A DNA stretch of 51,553 bases from an uncultured Mycoplasmatota bacterium. Lineage in GTDB: Bacteria; Bacillota_I; Bacilli_A; RF39; UBA660. Positions 26,200 to 35,170 of the stretch are shown in pieces. The notes under the pieces were generated by a model, which was not told the origin of the DNA, ran no database searches, and saw nothing but the letters and a program-made list of their open reading frames with translations. The position numbers and the translations under genes are program-made. The stretch lies in the NCBI GenBank assembly GCA_947574085.1, contig CANPIH010000001.1:1-51553 (forward strand). The letters are read 5' to 3'. Each line of letters begins with the position of its first letter. Position 1 is the stretch's first letter.

Positions 26200-28353
26200 C
26201 TAACTTTTATTTTTTGATTCTTCTTGATATTTTTTAGCTACTTCCGAATCTATAGTTCTTGAAGCACTTTTAATTGCTTCGTTACATGTTTTATCAAACA
26301 TGTTTCGTATATTATCAGAACTAATAAAATCATATATTTGTTGTTCACTATTATTAACGGCTTGTTTTATAAAATTATTTAAAGAAGCATTAATAGTTGC
26401 ATTCGTTGTATCTGCATAATCTGCAATGGCTTTAGCGTTTTGAAATGATTTTGTTCTAAAATCCGTAATTAGACTTTGTAATTGAGCATCATAAGCGGAA
26501 TCAAAGTCTTCGGATTTAATTTTAGCATTTGGATTTGCACTTGCTAAGTTATAACCAGCCAAAATATCTTTCTTCATAGCTTCTTTCATATCAAACTCTG
26601 CTTTTGCCATTTTAGTTAACATACTTCCAGTTACACTTGCTCCAGCACTTGTTTTACCAGTAGATTTCATAATTTCCATTTCGTTTAATAAATCCGCATA
26701 ATTATTAAAACCTGCTCCAGGGGCTGTAACACCTTCTACATCAAATCGGGTTCGACTCGTAAGTTTATTTTTATCTCTAGATAATATGGCATCTAAACGA
26801 TCATTTATAGCTTTTCTAGCGTCTTTTACTTCATTAACTTTTGTTTGTTCTTTCTTCAGAATCTCTAAACCAGCTCGCATCCCAGAAAATTGAGAGAATT
26901 TTCTTGCAAAATCTTGAACATGTCCTATAGTAACGTCGGCTATGTTATTTCCATAATTCGCACGATACGCTTCTCTTTCATCTCTAGATTGTAATGAAGC
27001 TGCTGCTCCTTGCGATGCAGCTTTTTTAACATCGGCATATGTTTTAGCAGAAAAACCAGCCTTTGCACTTCGAGCAGCTCCACTAATAAATCCTCCCATC
27101 GTACTAATTGGTGTCTTAATTCCTTCTTTAAGAGTATTAAGTTTTCCATTAGCTCCAATTGTTTTTAAAGCACCATGGGTTAAATTGTTAACGCCCGTTT
27201 TTATACCACCACCAAGCATAGAAGCAATGCCAAACGCACCATTGGCTACCAATTTATTGCGAATACCCAATTTAATTTTTCCAGAATCAATTCCTAATGT
27301 ATCACTCAATAACTTTGGAGCTTGTTTGGCAAAAGCAAATAAGCCAAGTATAACGATTGCATTTCCTAATAATCCTATATTACTGTTAACTAAATAAACT
27401 TCACCTTTTACAATAGCTGAGATAATAAAAACAATCAAATACATAATAAACAATCGAATAAAAACTTCCATAAAAGCATAGATTATTCCTTTTAACCAAT
27501 TATCAAAAACAGATTTTTTCTCTGGAATAATACGCATCAATATAGGAATGGGGGCAATAATCTGGTAAAAAGCAAGTTTTACCACCCGAATTCCTAAATC
27601 TAAACAAAAAGATAGTAAAACATAGGCTAAAAAAGCTCCACAGATGGTTCCTATAATTGGAATATAATCTACTTCTCCTTTATGAACTGGTTCAGCAAAA
27701 TCAGTTATTTTTAAAAAACCTTCTGATGCACCATTAGCTACACCTATTTTAAATTCATCCCATGTTAAAGAAGAAAGCCCCTCCATAGGTGAATTATCTG
27801 GGTTTAAAAAAGCATTTAACACACTTAAAGCTGCAACATTACCGTATCCAGATACCATTCCTATTTGATTTTCAGTAGTATTGTTTGAAGAATATTTCTT
27901 AACTTCATCTGTTCCTAAAATCAATGTATCAATAATATGATCATTAATTACTGCTTCTTGAATTTGAAAAATATAAGAAAATAGTAAAGGTACTATTCCA
28001 ATTAAAACTAAAGAAATAACTGAATTGGTAGCAATTTTACCAATATTTTTGTTGAAATCATCTGGATTTATCATTGTTTTTAAGAGCGAATAAGCCAAAT
28101 AAAACAACATCATAACACCAATAATAACATAAAAACGATTCACTATAGCTTGATAAGTTTCTTGCGGTATTATTCTTACTCCTGCAAGAGCTTCAAAAAT
28201 TGCAAACAATTTACTAACAATCCAATAGACCAAACCGTCTAAAAATAAAAATATACCACTCAAGCCATATTTTCCAACATCAAAAATATTGACAACTTTA
28301 AATTTTTCTAAAATAAGAGGAGCAACAGGAACTAGTAAATCCAAAAATAACAT
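26200..28353 (-). CDS. VirB6/TrbL-like polytopic membrane protein with a large C-terminal soluble extension
   Basis: Start at the ATG at 28353 (RBS AAGGAG). There are at least 6 hydrophobic segments in the first ~400 aa, then an A/K/S-rich ~330-aa tail. Size and position match ConG/TcpH-type components. Confidence 0.6.
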   Translation of the reverse strand: MLFLDLLVPVAPLILEKFKVVNIFDVGKYGLSGIFLFLDGLVYWIVSKLFAIFEALAGVRIIPQETYQAIVNRFYVIIGVMMLFYLAYSLLKTMINPDDFNKNIGKIATNSVISLVLIGIVPLLFSYIFQIQEAVINDHIIDTLILGTDEVKKYSSNNTTENQIGMVSGYGNVAALSVLNAFLNPDNSPMEGLSSLTWDEFKIGVANGASEGFLKITDFAEPVHKGEVDYIPIIGTICGAFLAYVLLSFCLDLGIRVVKLAFYQIIAPIPILMRIIPEKKSVFDNWLKGIIYAFMEVFIRLFIMYLIVFIISAIVKGEVYLVNSNIGLLGNAIVILGLFAFAKQAPKLLSDTLGIDSGKIKLGIRNKLVANGAFGIASMLGGGIKTGVNNLTHGALKTIGANGKLNTLKEGIKTPISTMGGFISGAARSAKAGFSAKTYADVKKAASQGAAASLQSRDEREAYRANYGNNIADVTIGHVQDFARKFSQFSGMRAGLEILKKEQTKVNEVKDARKAINDRLDAILSRDKNKLTSRTRFDVEGVTAPGAGFNNYADLLNEMEIMKSTGKTSAGASVTGSMLTKMAKAEFDMKEAMKKDILAGYNLASANPNAKIKSEDFDSAYDAQLQSLITDFRTKSFQNAKAIADYADTTNATINASLNNFIKQAVNNSEQQIYDFISSDNIRNMFDKTCNEAIKSASRTIDSEVAKKYQEESKNKS

Positions 28354-28367
28354 AAAAATTCTCCTTT

Positions 28368-29078
28368 CTAGCCAAGAGCACAAACTCCAAATTCAATTCC
28401 AGCTATTTTTAATAAAAATTCTATTACAGTCGGCAATAAAAATATAAATATGCCAATAATTAACCTTTTAATTAGTTTATTGCCCGCTTTTTTCAAATCA
28501 TCTTGATTTTGAGAGGCTAAAGCCTTTATAAAATCCATAATAGCAAATCCTGCAATTAAAATAGGAATTAAAAATTTAATAATATTAAATATTTGGTCTA
28601 AAATTTTACCAAATTTGCCACTAAAAATCGAATCACATTTTAAATTATCTTGCACAGGATTCTCTGTAGTTGAATTGTCTTTTTCTATAAGAGTTAAAAT
28701 TCCGCTTTCAGCGTCGTCTCGATAAGAAATCATTTGTGTTGCTGTATCAGTACTATCCGCAGCAGCCACTTCTATTTTATTAAAATACACAATATGTCGA
28801 AAGCATTCTTTATGATTACTAAAATAGTCTTTTGCGTTAAAAATAACAGACTTCCCCCAATTTGAAATATCAATTCTTTTATTATTATCCGATACAACTT
28901 TACAATGAGCTGAATTATCGGAATAAAAACATGTCATGGATACATCCTCTGTTATTTGTTTTCCATACAATGTATATGTATAGTTTCCTTTATAATCACA
29001 AGATAAATCTGCTTTTGCTTCCACATTTTTATACCCTATGCAAAAAAGGAAACCAATCAAAATAAATATTTTTCTCAT
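28368..29078 (-). CDS. Secreted Cys-containing domain fused to a VirB2/TrbC-like TM hairpin
   Basis: Signal peptide MRKIFILIGFLFCIGYKNVEA. C-terminal hairpin KFLIPILIAGFAIMDFIKALASQNQDDLKKAGNKLIKRLIIGIFIFLLPTVIEFL. Confidence 0.55.
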   Translation of the reverse strand: MRKIFILIGFLFCIGYKNVEAKADLSCDYKGNYTYTLYGKQITEDVSMTCFYSDNSAHCKVVSDNNKRIDISNWGKSVIFNAKDYFSNHKECFRHIVYFNKIEVAAADSTDTATQMISYRDDAESGILTLIEKDNSTTENPVQDNLKCDSIFSGKFGKILDQIFNIIKFLIPILIAGFAIMDFIKALASQNQDDLKKAGNKLIKRLIIGIFIFLLPTVIEFLLKIAGIEFGVCALG

Positions 29079-29145
29079 TATTTACACCTACTTATCAGTT
29101 ACATATTAAATGATTATATCATAATACCAATTTAAATGAAATGAA

Positions 29146-30282
29146 TTAATCTTTTGATATCTTACATTTACTAGGACTAGATATACAAGTTTGACAATCC
29201 TTAAAAGAAATTCCTTTTTTATTTACTAAACTAAAAGCAAAATCAATGATGGTAGGAATTAAAAATATGATAACTCCTGCTATAATTCTTGTTATTAAAG
29301 ATTTTGTTGATTTAGCAATCGCCTCTGTATCAGAAGAAGTCATTGCTTTTACAAAATCAATTGTCCCTAAAGCAATTAATAGTAAAGGTATTAGTAGTTT
29401 AACCACCCATAACATATAACCTATAAAACGAAAAACTTTTTTGGCATCATTATTTTTACAAATAGGAGCAAAATTTCCTTCTATAATTTCATTTGTTTTT
29501 TTACAGTCAATATTGGCATTATTAGGATAATTACATTCACCTGAACAAAAATACTCTATTGACTCATAATCGTCTCCACATATAAAGTTATTTTGGGTTG
29601 GATCGTAATTATTGTGTGTTCCTATATATTGAAAGTAATCATAATTTGCATACATAAATTTCTGAGTTCTAGTATTATAAAATATATCACCACAACTAGA
29701 AGATAAATAAGTAGACAAATCAGCATATTTATATTTTCCATTTGGATAATATATAATATAAGTTCCTTTTTCTTTTTTAATCGTCAATTTACCACTAGGT
29801 CCTGTATAAACACATTCCCAAATTTCCTCTTCAGTTGATGTTTGTGATCCATTGCATTTTCCTTCACATGTACTTTTTGATGTATCTAAATTATAATAAT
29901 ATTTATCTCGCTCATCTGGATTTGGTTCATTGCTAAAATTAATCACTTTTCCTGTTGCTCTTTCTTTTACAATATATACAGGACAATCAAAATTCCCTTC
30001 ATCATACATAAAATGATATTTGTGTAAATTTTCATTACTTGCTTCTTGAAACAAATCAAAATCTCCTACTCCAAATTCAATATTACCATTCTCATCTAAA
30101 GAAGCACGGTCAATAATAATATAATCTCCACTATAATAAGAACAATATAATTTAAGTGTGTTATCATTTGGAGTTTCACTTTCTATAATCTCTACTCCAT
30201 GAATAGTTTTTTTTGCAAAAGTATTCGAACAAAATAAAAGCATAGAAATCAATAGTAAAACAATATAGCTAATTTTTTTCAT
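29146..30282 (-). CDS. Secreted Cys-rich domain (~300 aa) fused to a VirB2/TrbC-like TM hairpin
   Basis: Start at the ATG at 30282 (RBS GGAGAGAG). Signal peptide MKKISYIVLLLISMLLFCSNTFA. Hairpin KLLIPLLLIALGTIDFVKAMTSSDTEAIAKSTKSLITRIIAGVIIFLIPTIIDFA. Tail CQTCISSPSKCK. Confidence 0.55.
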   Translation of the reverse strand: MKKISYIVLLLISMLLFCSNTFAKKTIHGVEIIESETPNDNTLKLYCSYYSGDYIIIDRASLDENGNIEFGVGDFDLFQEASNENLHKYHFMYDEGNFDCPVYIVKERATGKVINFSNEPNPDERDKYYYNLDTSKSTCEGKCNGSQTSTEEEIWECVYTGPSGKLTIKKEKGTYIIYYPNGKYKYADLSTYLSSSCGDIFYNTRTQKFMYANYDYFQYIGTHNNYDPTQNNFICGDDYESIEYFCSGECNYPNNANIDCKKTNEIIEGNFAPICKNNDAKKVFRFIGYMLWVVKLLIPLLLIALGTIDFVKAMTSSDTEAIAKSTKSLITRIIAGVIIFLIPTIIDFAFSLVNKKGISFKDCQTCISSPSKCKISKD

Positions 30283-30353
30283 AATCTCTCTCCAATATTT
30301 CTTATTAACATTATAACAATTTATAAGCAAAATAAAAAGGCAAAATTTTAATT

Positions 30354-31463
30354 TTACCTTATTACATATGGATTTTCTCTTGTTCCATTTCCACTTTTGT
30401 ATAAAATTCCATTTTTAAGAGCAATAACAAACCTTAAATCCGCACTGTAAGAAGTATTATCGGAATCAATTTCTCCATAGGTACTAATGCTAAAAGCAGA
30501 ATAAGTATTGACCATATTTCCAGTCATTGTCCACCATCTTGAATCTTCATTTACAAAATAATTATAATTTTGACACTCTTTACTAATTGAGGTTTGACAC
30601 ATGGCATCTAAACTAGCATTCATATAATCATAAAGAGGTAACAAACCAATTTCTTGATTTTGTATCTTTTCATTACATTCCAATCTTCCACTTTTATCAG
30701 TACTATCGTTCAATCTTTTTCCAACACATAAATCAAATTTTGTTAAATATTCTTCGTATTTTTTATATTTTGTATCATAAACTTTTTTTGAAAAAATAAG
30801 TACTCTACTTAAATTAAAATTATTTATTCCGTAATTAGAGTTTGCCTCTGTATTGTAACGATCATCCCATACACTATAAAGATCATTGTCTTCTGTTTCT
30901 GTTAATATTATTTGAATTGTATTGTTATTATCTATTTTTACAATTCGCCATATTTCATCAGCAATACTAACGTAATTATTCGGATTTTGTCCACGAAAAA
31001 CAAGCTCATTATTCATTTCATAGAGACCCTCACCAGTTTGAGAGATTTTATTATTTTCTTTAATTTTATCTACAAATTTTTCAGTTTTAAATTCTTTACA
31101 TGTCAAATATGCTTGATAGCTATAATCGTTATTTACAAAATCAACCATAATATTAGCAGTACAGGAAGAATCTTTCACATATTTTTTTAACTCTTTTATA
31201 TATTTTTGTTCTATTAGAGTAGAACTATTTACAACAATTGTTGGATTATTAGCATTTGGCAAATAATTCGGATTTTCACTCAAATATCTATAAGTAGCCG
31301 TCTCTAAAATTTCCTCTAAATTTTCATAGGAAATTTTAATACCTACAAATTTTACTGCTACAGAAATAGAAATAATAATTAATAGCATAACCAAAGCAAT
31401 ACTTCCAAATAAAGTAGCTTTTTGCTTATTACTGTTTATCCATCCCTTTATTTTTTCTATCAT
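30354..31463 (-). CDS. N-terminally anchored extracytoplasmic protein
   Basis: Single TM (ATLFGSIALVMLLIIISISVAV), then a soluble region with ..YVSIADEIWRIVKIDNNNTIQII.. that ends GNGTRENPYVIR. Function unknown. Confidence 0.45.
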   Translation of the reverse strand: MIEKIKGWINSNKQKATLFGSIALVMLLIIISISVAVKFVGIKISYENLEEILETATYRYLSENPNYLPNANNPTIVVNSSTLIEQKYIKELKKYVKDSSCTANIMVDFVNNDYSYQAYLTCKEFKTEKFVDKIKENNKISQTGEGLYEMNNELVFRGQNPNNYVSIADEIWRIVKIDNNNTIQIILTETEDNDLYSVWDDRYNTEANSNYGINNFNLSRVLIFSKKVYDTKYKKYEEYLTKFDLCVGKRLNDSTDKSGRLECNEKIQNQEIGLLPLYDYMNASLDAMCQTSISKECQNYNYFVNEDSRWWTMTGNMVNTYSAFSISTYGEIDSDNTSYSADLRFVIALKNGILYKSGNGTRENPYVIR

Positions 31464-31521
31464 ATGCTATCACCTTAAAAAAATCATAACATAGGAGCAA
31501 AAAAAAAGCAATTTACATCGC

Positions 31522-31902
31522 TTATTTATTTTCCTTATTCCAAAGTGTATCTGCTTCATTGCACTTTGAAGGACTTACAATACACTTTTGACATACAGCA
31601 TAATCTTTTTTAGCTGTTTCATTAAAACCACCTATTAATGTCATAACATAAGATATAATAGTAGGAAGTAAGAAAATAATAATTCCAGCAATAGCTCTTC
31701 TAATTAAAGAACTAGTTGCTTTTTTAATTTCATCCTCTTTACTAGCAATAACAGCCTTTCCTAAATCAATCATACCAAAAACAATTAATAAAATTGGAAT
31801 TGCAATTTTAAACACTAATAATACATACCCTACAATTTGCCAAATGTTTGCTGTTTTGCTACAAAAATTTATATCCGTAAGCATTGTTAAAAATAAATCC
31901 AT
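31522..31902 (-). CDS. Stand-alone VirB2/TrbC-like pilin-type hairpin protein
   Basis: KIAIPILLIVFGMIDLGKAVIASKEDEIKKATSSLIRRAIAGIIIFLLPTIISYV with tail CQKCIVSPSKCN. Start placed at the ATG at 31902, 7 nt after GAGAGAGAGG. The track start at 31908 is too close to the RBS. Confidence 0.55.
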   Translation of the reverse strand: MDLFLTMLTDINFCSKTANIWQIVGYVLLVFKIAIPILLIVFGMIDLGKAVIASKEDEIKKATSSLIRRAIAGIIIFLLPTIISYVMTLIGGFNETAKKDYAVCQKCIVSPSKCNEADTLWNKENK

Positions 31903-31932
31903 ATACATACCTCTCTCTCAATCTATAACCTA

Positions 31933-31961
31933 ATTCTAAACACAATTTTTAATATTGTCAA
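31933..31961 (-). promoter_or_regulatory. Sigma-A-type promoter ahead of the T4SS half of the array
   Basis: On the minus strand: TTGACA (31961-31956), 17-nt spacer, TAGAAT (31938-31933). Confidence 0.55.
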
Positions 31962-31978
31962 GTTTTAGAAATCAAAAA

Positions 31979-31993
31979 TGTCAATCTTTGACA
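31979..31993. promoter_or_regulatory. Palindrome TGTCAA-n3-TTGACA just upstream of the -35 (candidate operator)
   Basis: tgtcaa tct ttgaca at 31979-31993. The -35 hexamer provides a third TTGACA half-site. Confidence 0.35.
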
Positions 31994-32039
31994 ATTAAAA
32001 TTATCAAACCTTTTGTTTTTTATAATTTTCTATGAAAAT

Positions 32040-33035
32040 TTACTTGAAAATACTAAACAATTTATTATTTTTTGTCTCTTCTCCAACTGTTTCTTCAAAA
32101 CGAGCAAAACCCAACTTTATTAAAAATTCTTCTATCACTTTTTGATTATCCAATTTATCATCTAAGTTAGGAATATTAAAGAAAACTTTACTTTTAGATT
32201 CGTATTCAAAATCTTTAACATCTCTAGGATTTAAAATGCTTCGATTTAAAACAATCTTTTTATCACATAATTTTTCAAAAGTACGTTTATCTTTACGAAT
32301 TAATTTATTTAATTTAATTAAACCTGGTTCAATCAAATAAATCACTTCAGTACAAGCACTAATACTTCCTCGGTCATTTAAATCGACCAACATCACTTCA
32401 ACTTCACTGTTTGTAGCAATAAACGCTGGTAAATCCAGACTAGATGTTGTTTTAAGCGTTTTATCATTAAAATAAATAAAATCGTGTTCATCTACTTCTA
32501 CTGCTAAAACATTATATTTTTTTGCTAATTCTTTCTTTAGTAAATATGTCAAAGTAGTGGAACCAGCATGATTGGTCACATTTTTTATACCAATAACTCT
32601 TAATCCAATTTTATTATATCCCCCTTCATTTGAAGAATCTATAGTGGTAACATTGTTTAATTGATGAAATTGGGCAACATCTTTATACGTATTTGGATTA
32701 TCAATTAAGAATTTAATAGCATCAACATTTCTTGTAAAATTATAAATTCCCATAGAAATTAAACTTGATAAATACTTTGGTGAATTTACTATTTCAGAAT
32801 CATCCAAAAGAAGAATAATATTACTTACATCCATACTTACAGATAAACTTTGAAACGTAGAAACTTCTTGGTAATTTCTTAAAGCTGTAACATCCAAAAT
32901 CATTTTATTATAATAAAAATTAGTAAATTGATTGACTAAGTCCTCTACTTCAAATTCTCCATTAATATTTTTAATAATATCAATATCTAATGTTGAGAGT
33001 AGAGATTGATACTTATTGGAAACAATTACATTCAT
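32040..33035 (-). CDS. TadZ/CpaE-like protein (pseudo-receiver + MinD/ParA-like domain with a degenerate Walker A)
   Basis: N-terminal CheY-like pattern (MNVIVSN...MILDVTAL...IILLLDD). C-terminal VIGIKNVTNHAGSTTLTYLL occupies the place of KGGxGKT. It sits in a Tad locus. Confidence 0.5.
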   Translation of the reverse strand: MNVIVSNKYQSLLSTLDIDIIKNINGEFEVEDLVNQFTNFYYNKMILDVTALRNYQEVSTFQSLSVSMDVSNIILLLDDSEIVNSPKYLSSLISMGIYNFTRNVDAIKFLIDNPNTYKDVAQFHQLNNVTTIDSSNEGGYNKIGLRVIGIKNVTNHAGSTTLTYLLKKELAKKYNVLAVEVDEHDFIYFNDKTLKTTSSLDLPAFIATNSEVEVMLVDLNDRGSISACTEVIYLIEPGLIKLNKLIRKDKRTFEKLCDKKIVLNRSILNPRDVKDFEYESKSKVFFNIPNLDDKLDNQKVIEEFLIKLGFARFEETVGEETKNNKLFSIFK

Positions 33036-33553
33036 TTCTTTTCCTCCTTTTTTATTATTTTTAAAGTGTCTCCTGGATGGATAATATTTCCAGTACTGCC
33101 ATTTACATCAAATTTAAAAATATCTCCTAATATAGGTAAATTAAAATATAAAAATAAATTCACTTTATAATAAACTTGCCCTTCCTCTTTATAGTTTTCT
33201 CCATTTGCCATTACACTTTTGCTCATCTTAGTTACACAGTAATAATAATTATTTTTATTCTCTTTGGTTACTTCTGTTAAAGTTGCTGAATCTAAACTAC
33301 GTACACCATAACTTCCTTCAGGACATCTTTTTGTTACTCTATAATTATTGTTTTTTAAATAATTGTTTATAATCTGTATACTGCCATTTTCTTTATCTGT
33401 CAATCCTTCGTATTTTTCTATAATGGTTAGGACTTCATTTTTCATTTTAAATGCTTTTGTGTAATTTAAAGATAAAGCTAAAAAAGCTACAAACAAAAGC
33501 ATAAATATTATAACTAATTGGGTTAACCAAGTTCCTCCTATCGCCTCTCTCAT
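33032..33553 (-). CDS. Pseudopilin / TadE-like minor pilin candidate
   Basis: MREAIGGTWLTQLVIIFMLLFVAFLAL leader plus TM, then a ~140-aa domain. Paralogous to the upstream gene. ATGA overlap with the downstream gene. Confidence 0.45.
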   Translation of the reverse strand: MREAIGGTWLTQLVIIFMLLFVAFLALSLNYTKAFKMKNEVLTIIEKYEGLTDKENGSIQIINNYLKNNNYRVTKRCPEGSYGVRSLDSATLTEVTKENKNNYYYCVTKMSKSVMANGENYKEEGQVYYKVNLFLYFNLPILGDIFKFDVNGSTGNIIHPGDTLKIIKKEEKK

Positions 33554-33557
33554 GTTA

Positions 33558-34163
33558 TCAACCTCCTATTATTGGGCCAGATACAGTACTACAATCAATC
33601 AAAGGTCCAATAGGTTTTCCATTTTCGTATTTTTGACATAGATTATTTTTTTTACGATAATAACCATTTGTATATCGCATTACTTTTGTATCCCCTTTAA
33701 TTCTAAATTGAAAAATACTTCTAAAAATAGGTAAATCTAATTGATAAAATACCACAATACGATAATAACTAGCATCAGGTAAATCCCCTTCGCTTTTATC
33801 TGTTGTTACACTTTGTTTAGCAATACAAAAAGAGGGATTATTTTCTACTATTTTTCCTTCGCGATTATAGCCAATATAGTGGGTAATAACTTTTCCACTT
33901 TTATCAGTAATATCTAAACTTTTACAGTCTCCTGTTGTTCTATACGAAGTTTTATTTAAGTAATCAACAATGTCTTTAATCGCTTGATCTCCCATTGGAT
34001 TTTCTAAATTTACTCCCTTTTCTCGTTCTATAGCTTTTACAATTTCATTTTTTACATTAAATGCCTTGGAATGATTAATTGACAAACATATATACCCTGT
34101 AAAAAGCAATACAAAAAATATTACGATTTGGAATATCCAAGTTCCACCAATTGCCTCTCTCAC
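33558..34163 (-). CDS. Pseudopilin / TadE-like minor pilin candidate
   Basis: MREAIGGTWIFQIVIFFVLLFTGYICL; shares its N-terminus and ..FK.KNE.. with ORF 33032..33553. Confidence 0.45.
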   Translation of the reverse strand: MREAIGGTWIFQIVIFFVLLFTGYICLSINHSKAFNVKNEIVKAIEREKGVNLENPMGDQAIKDIVDYLNKTSYRTTGDCKSLDITDKSGKVITHYIGYNREGKIVENNPSFCIAKQSVTTDKSEGDLPDASYYRIVVFYQLDLPIFRSIFQFRIKGDTKVMRYTNGYYRKKNNLCQKYENGKPIGPLIDCSTVSGPIIGG

Positions 34164-34176
34164 ATGACCACCTCAA

Positions 34177-34419
34177 TTAACCTTTCCAAACGCATTTAAA
34201 AGAATTTCCTTGTTTATTACCATTCTTATCATAATATGCACAAGTAACCATTCCATTGTTTAACGTTTTTTTATCACAAATCGCATCACTACATCGATTT
34301 GTAGAAATATAAGTATTTTTAATACTAGGCCATAAAACCCCAAAGAAAAAGACCGATAGGAATCCTACCGCTACAACAATCACGACAGTTATATTTAATT
34401 CTCCTGTGGCCTCTTTCAT
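34177..34419 (-). CDS. Small pilin-like protein (copy 2)
   Basis: 80 aa: MKEATGELNITVVIVVAVGFLSVFFFGVLWPSIKN, then a Cys-containing variable C-terminus. Confidence 0.55.
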   Translation of the reverse strand: MKEATGELNITVVIVVAVGFLSVFFFGVLWPSIKNTYISTNRCSDAICDKKTLNNGMVTCAYYDKNGNKQGNSFKCVWKG

Positions 34420-34440
34420 ATATTTTTAACTCCTTTTATT

Positions 34441-34719
34441 TTATTTAGCTTGACTAGTTCCATTTTCAAAACTGCATTTTCCAGACCATGCCTTTTGACC
34501 AGTAGTGTCGTCTGCATCAACCCTACAAGAAGTACAAACTGTTTTAGATTTGTCTGTATTACAACTTGCTTGGTCACAAGTAGCCATTGCACAATATGTG
34601 GAAGCAGTTATACTATTTTTTATATTTGGCCAAATAAACGCATAGAAGAATGCCGCTACTGCTGCTATTGCTACTACTGTTACAACAGTCATATTTAATT
34701 CTCCAGTTGCCTCTTTCAT
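34441..34719 (-). CDS. Small pilin-like protein (copy 1)
   Basis: Start moved to the ATG at 34719 (RBS GAGGAGGAA). MKEATGELNMTVVTVVAIAAVAAFFYAFIWPNIKN, then a Cys-rich variable C-terminus. Confidence 0.55.
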   Translation of the reverse strand: MKEATGELNMTVVTVVAIAAVAAFFYAFIWPNIKNSITASTYCAMATCDQASCNTDKSKTVCTSCRVDADDTTGQKAWSGKCSFENGTSQAK

Positions 34720-34775
34720 TTTATAAATTCCTCCTCTTTCATTTGAGTAGGATTGGTAGTAGCAAGCAGTAGCGT

Positions 34776-34925
34776 CTATGTTTCTTTTAAACAGTTTTTC
34801 AAACAATCACTAGACACGTTATCATTTTCTACTGGACATTGTGCTTCACAAGTATTTTTTTTAATACTAACTTGAATACTTGGCCATATAAACGCATATA
34901 AGAATGTCGCTACTGCTACTATCCC
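34776..34925 (-). pseudogene. 5'-truncated third pilin copy
   Basis: The minus-strand frame reads ..GIVAVATFLYAFIWPSIQVSIKKNTCEAQCPVENDNVSSDCLKNCLKET*. The nucleotide sequence is clearly homologous to copy 1 across the TM-coding part and diverges at about 34922. There is no start codon or MKEATGELN leader in frame. Confidence 0.55.
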
Positions 34926-35038
34926 AACCCTTACCCTGTTACTTTTATTATAAACTTTTTTTAGTTTATTATCAATTCTTTATTACTTATTTGACTATTT
35001 CTAGTCATCATCAAAAAAATCCCTTTTTCTTGCTTGTT

Positions 35039-35067
35039 ATTATATCAAGATAATACTTATAAGTCAA
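35039..35067 (-). promoter_or_regulatory. Near-consensus sigma-A promoter ahead of the pilin genes
   Basis: On the minus strand: TTGACT (35067-35062), exactly 17 nt, TATAAT (35044-35039). Confidence 0.65.
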
Positions 35068-35170
35068 AAATAACTTATACAACGCATTTAAAGAAACAGA
35101 ATGATTAAACTTTCTTGGTTTCTAATTCAAATAGGCACTTTTAAAAAAAGAATAAGTTTTATTCCTATTC

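Noticed and set aside
26940-27158. Same-strand, out-of-frame internal ORFs (26940..27158 in the VirB6-like gene, 37228..37446 in tadA, 12571..12885 opposite uppP)
   Set aside because: They are embedded in genes with strong motif support. There is no independent start signal and no recognisable product.
34975-35022. 16-codon mini-ORF (MMTRNSQISNKELIIN) with a weak RBS just downstream of the pilin promoter
   Set aside because: It is too short and unsupported to call. It is probably fortuitous within the 5' leader created by decay of the third pilin copy.
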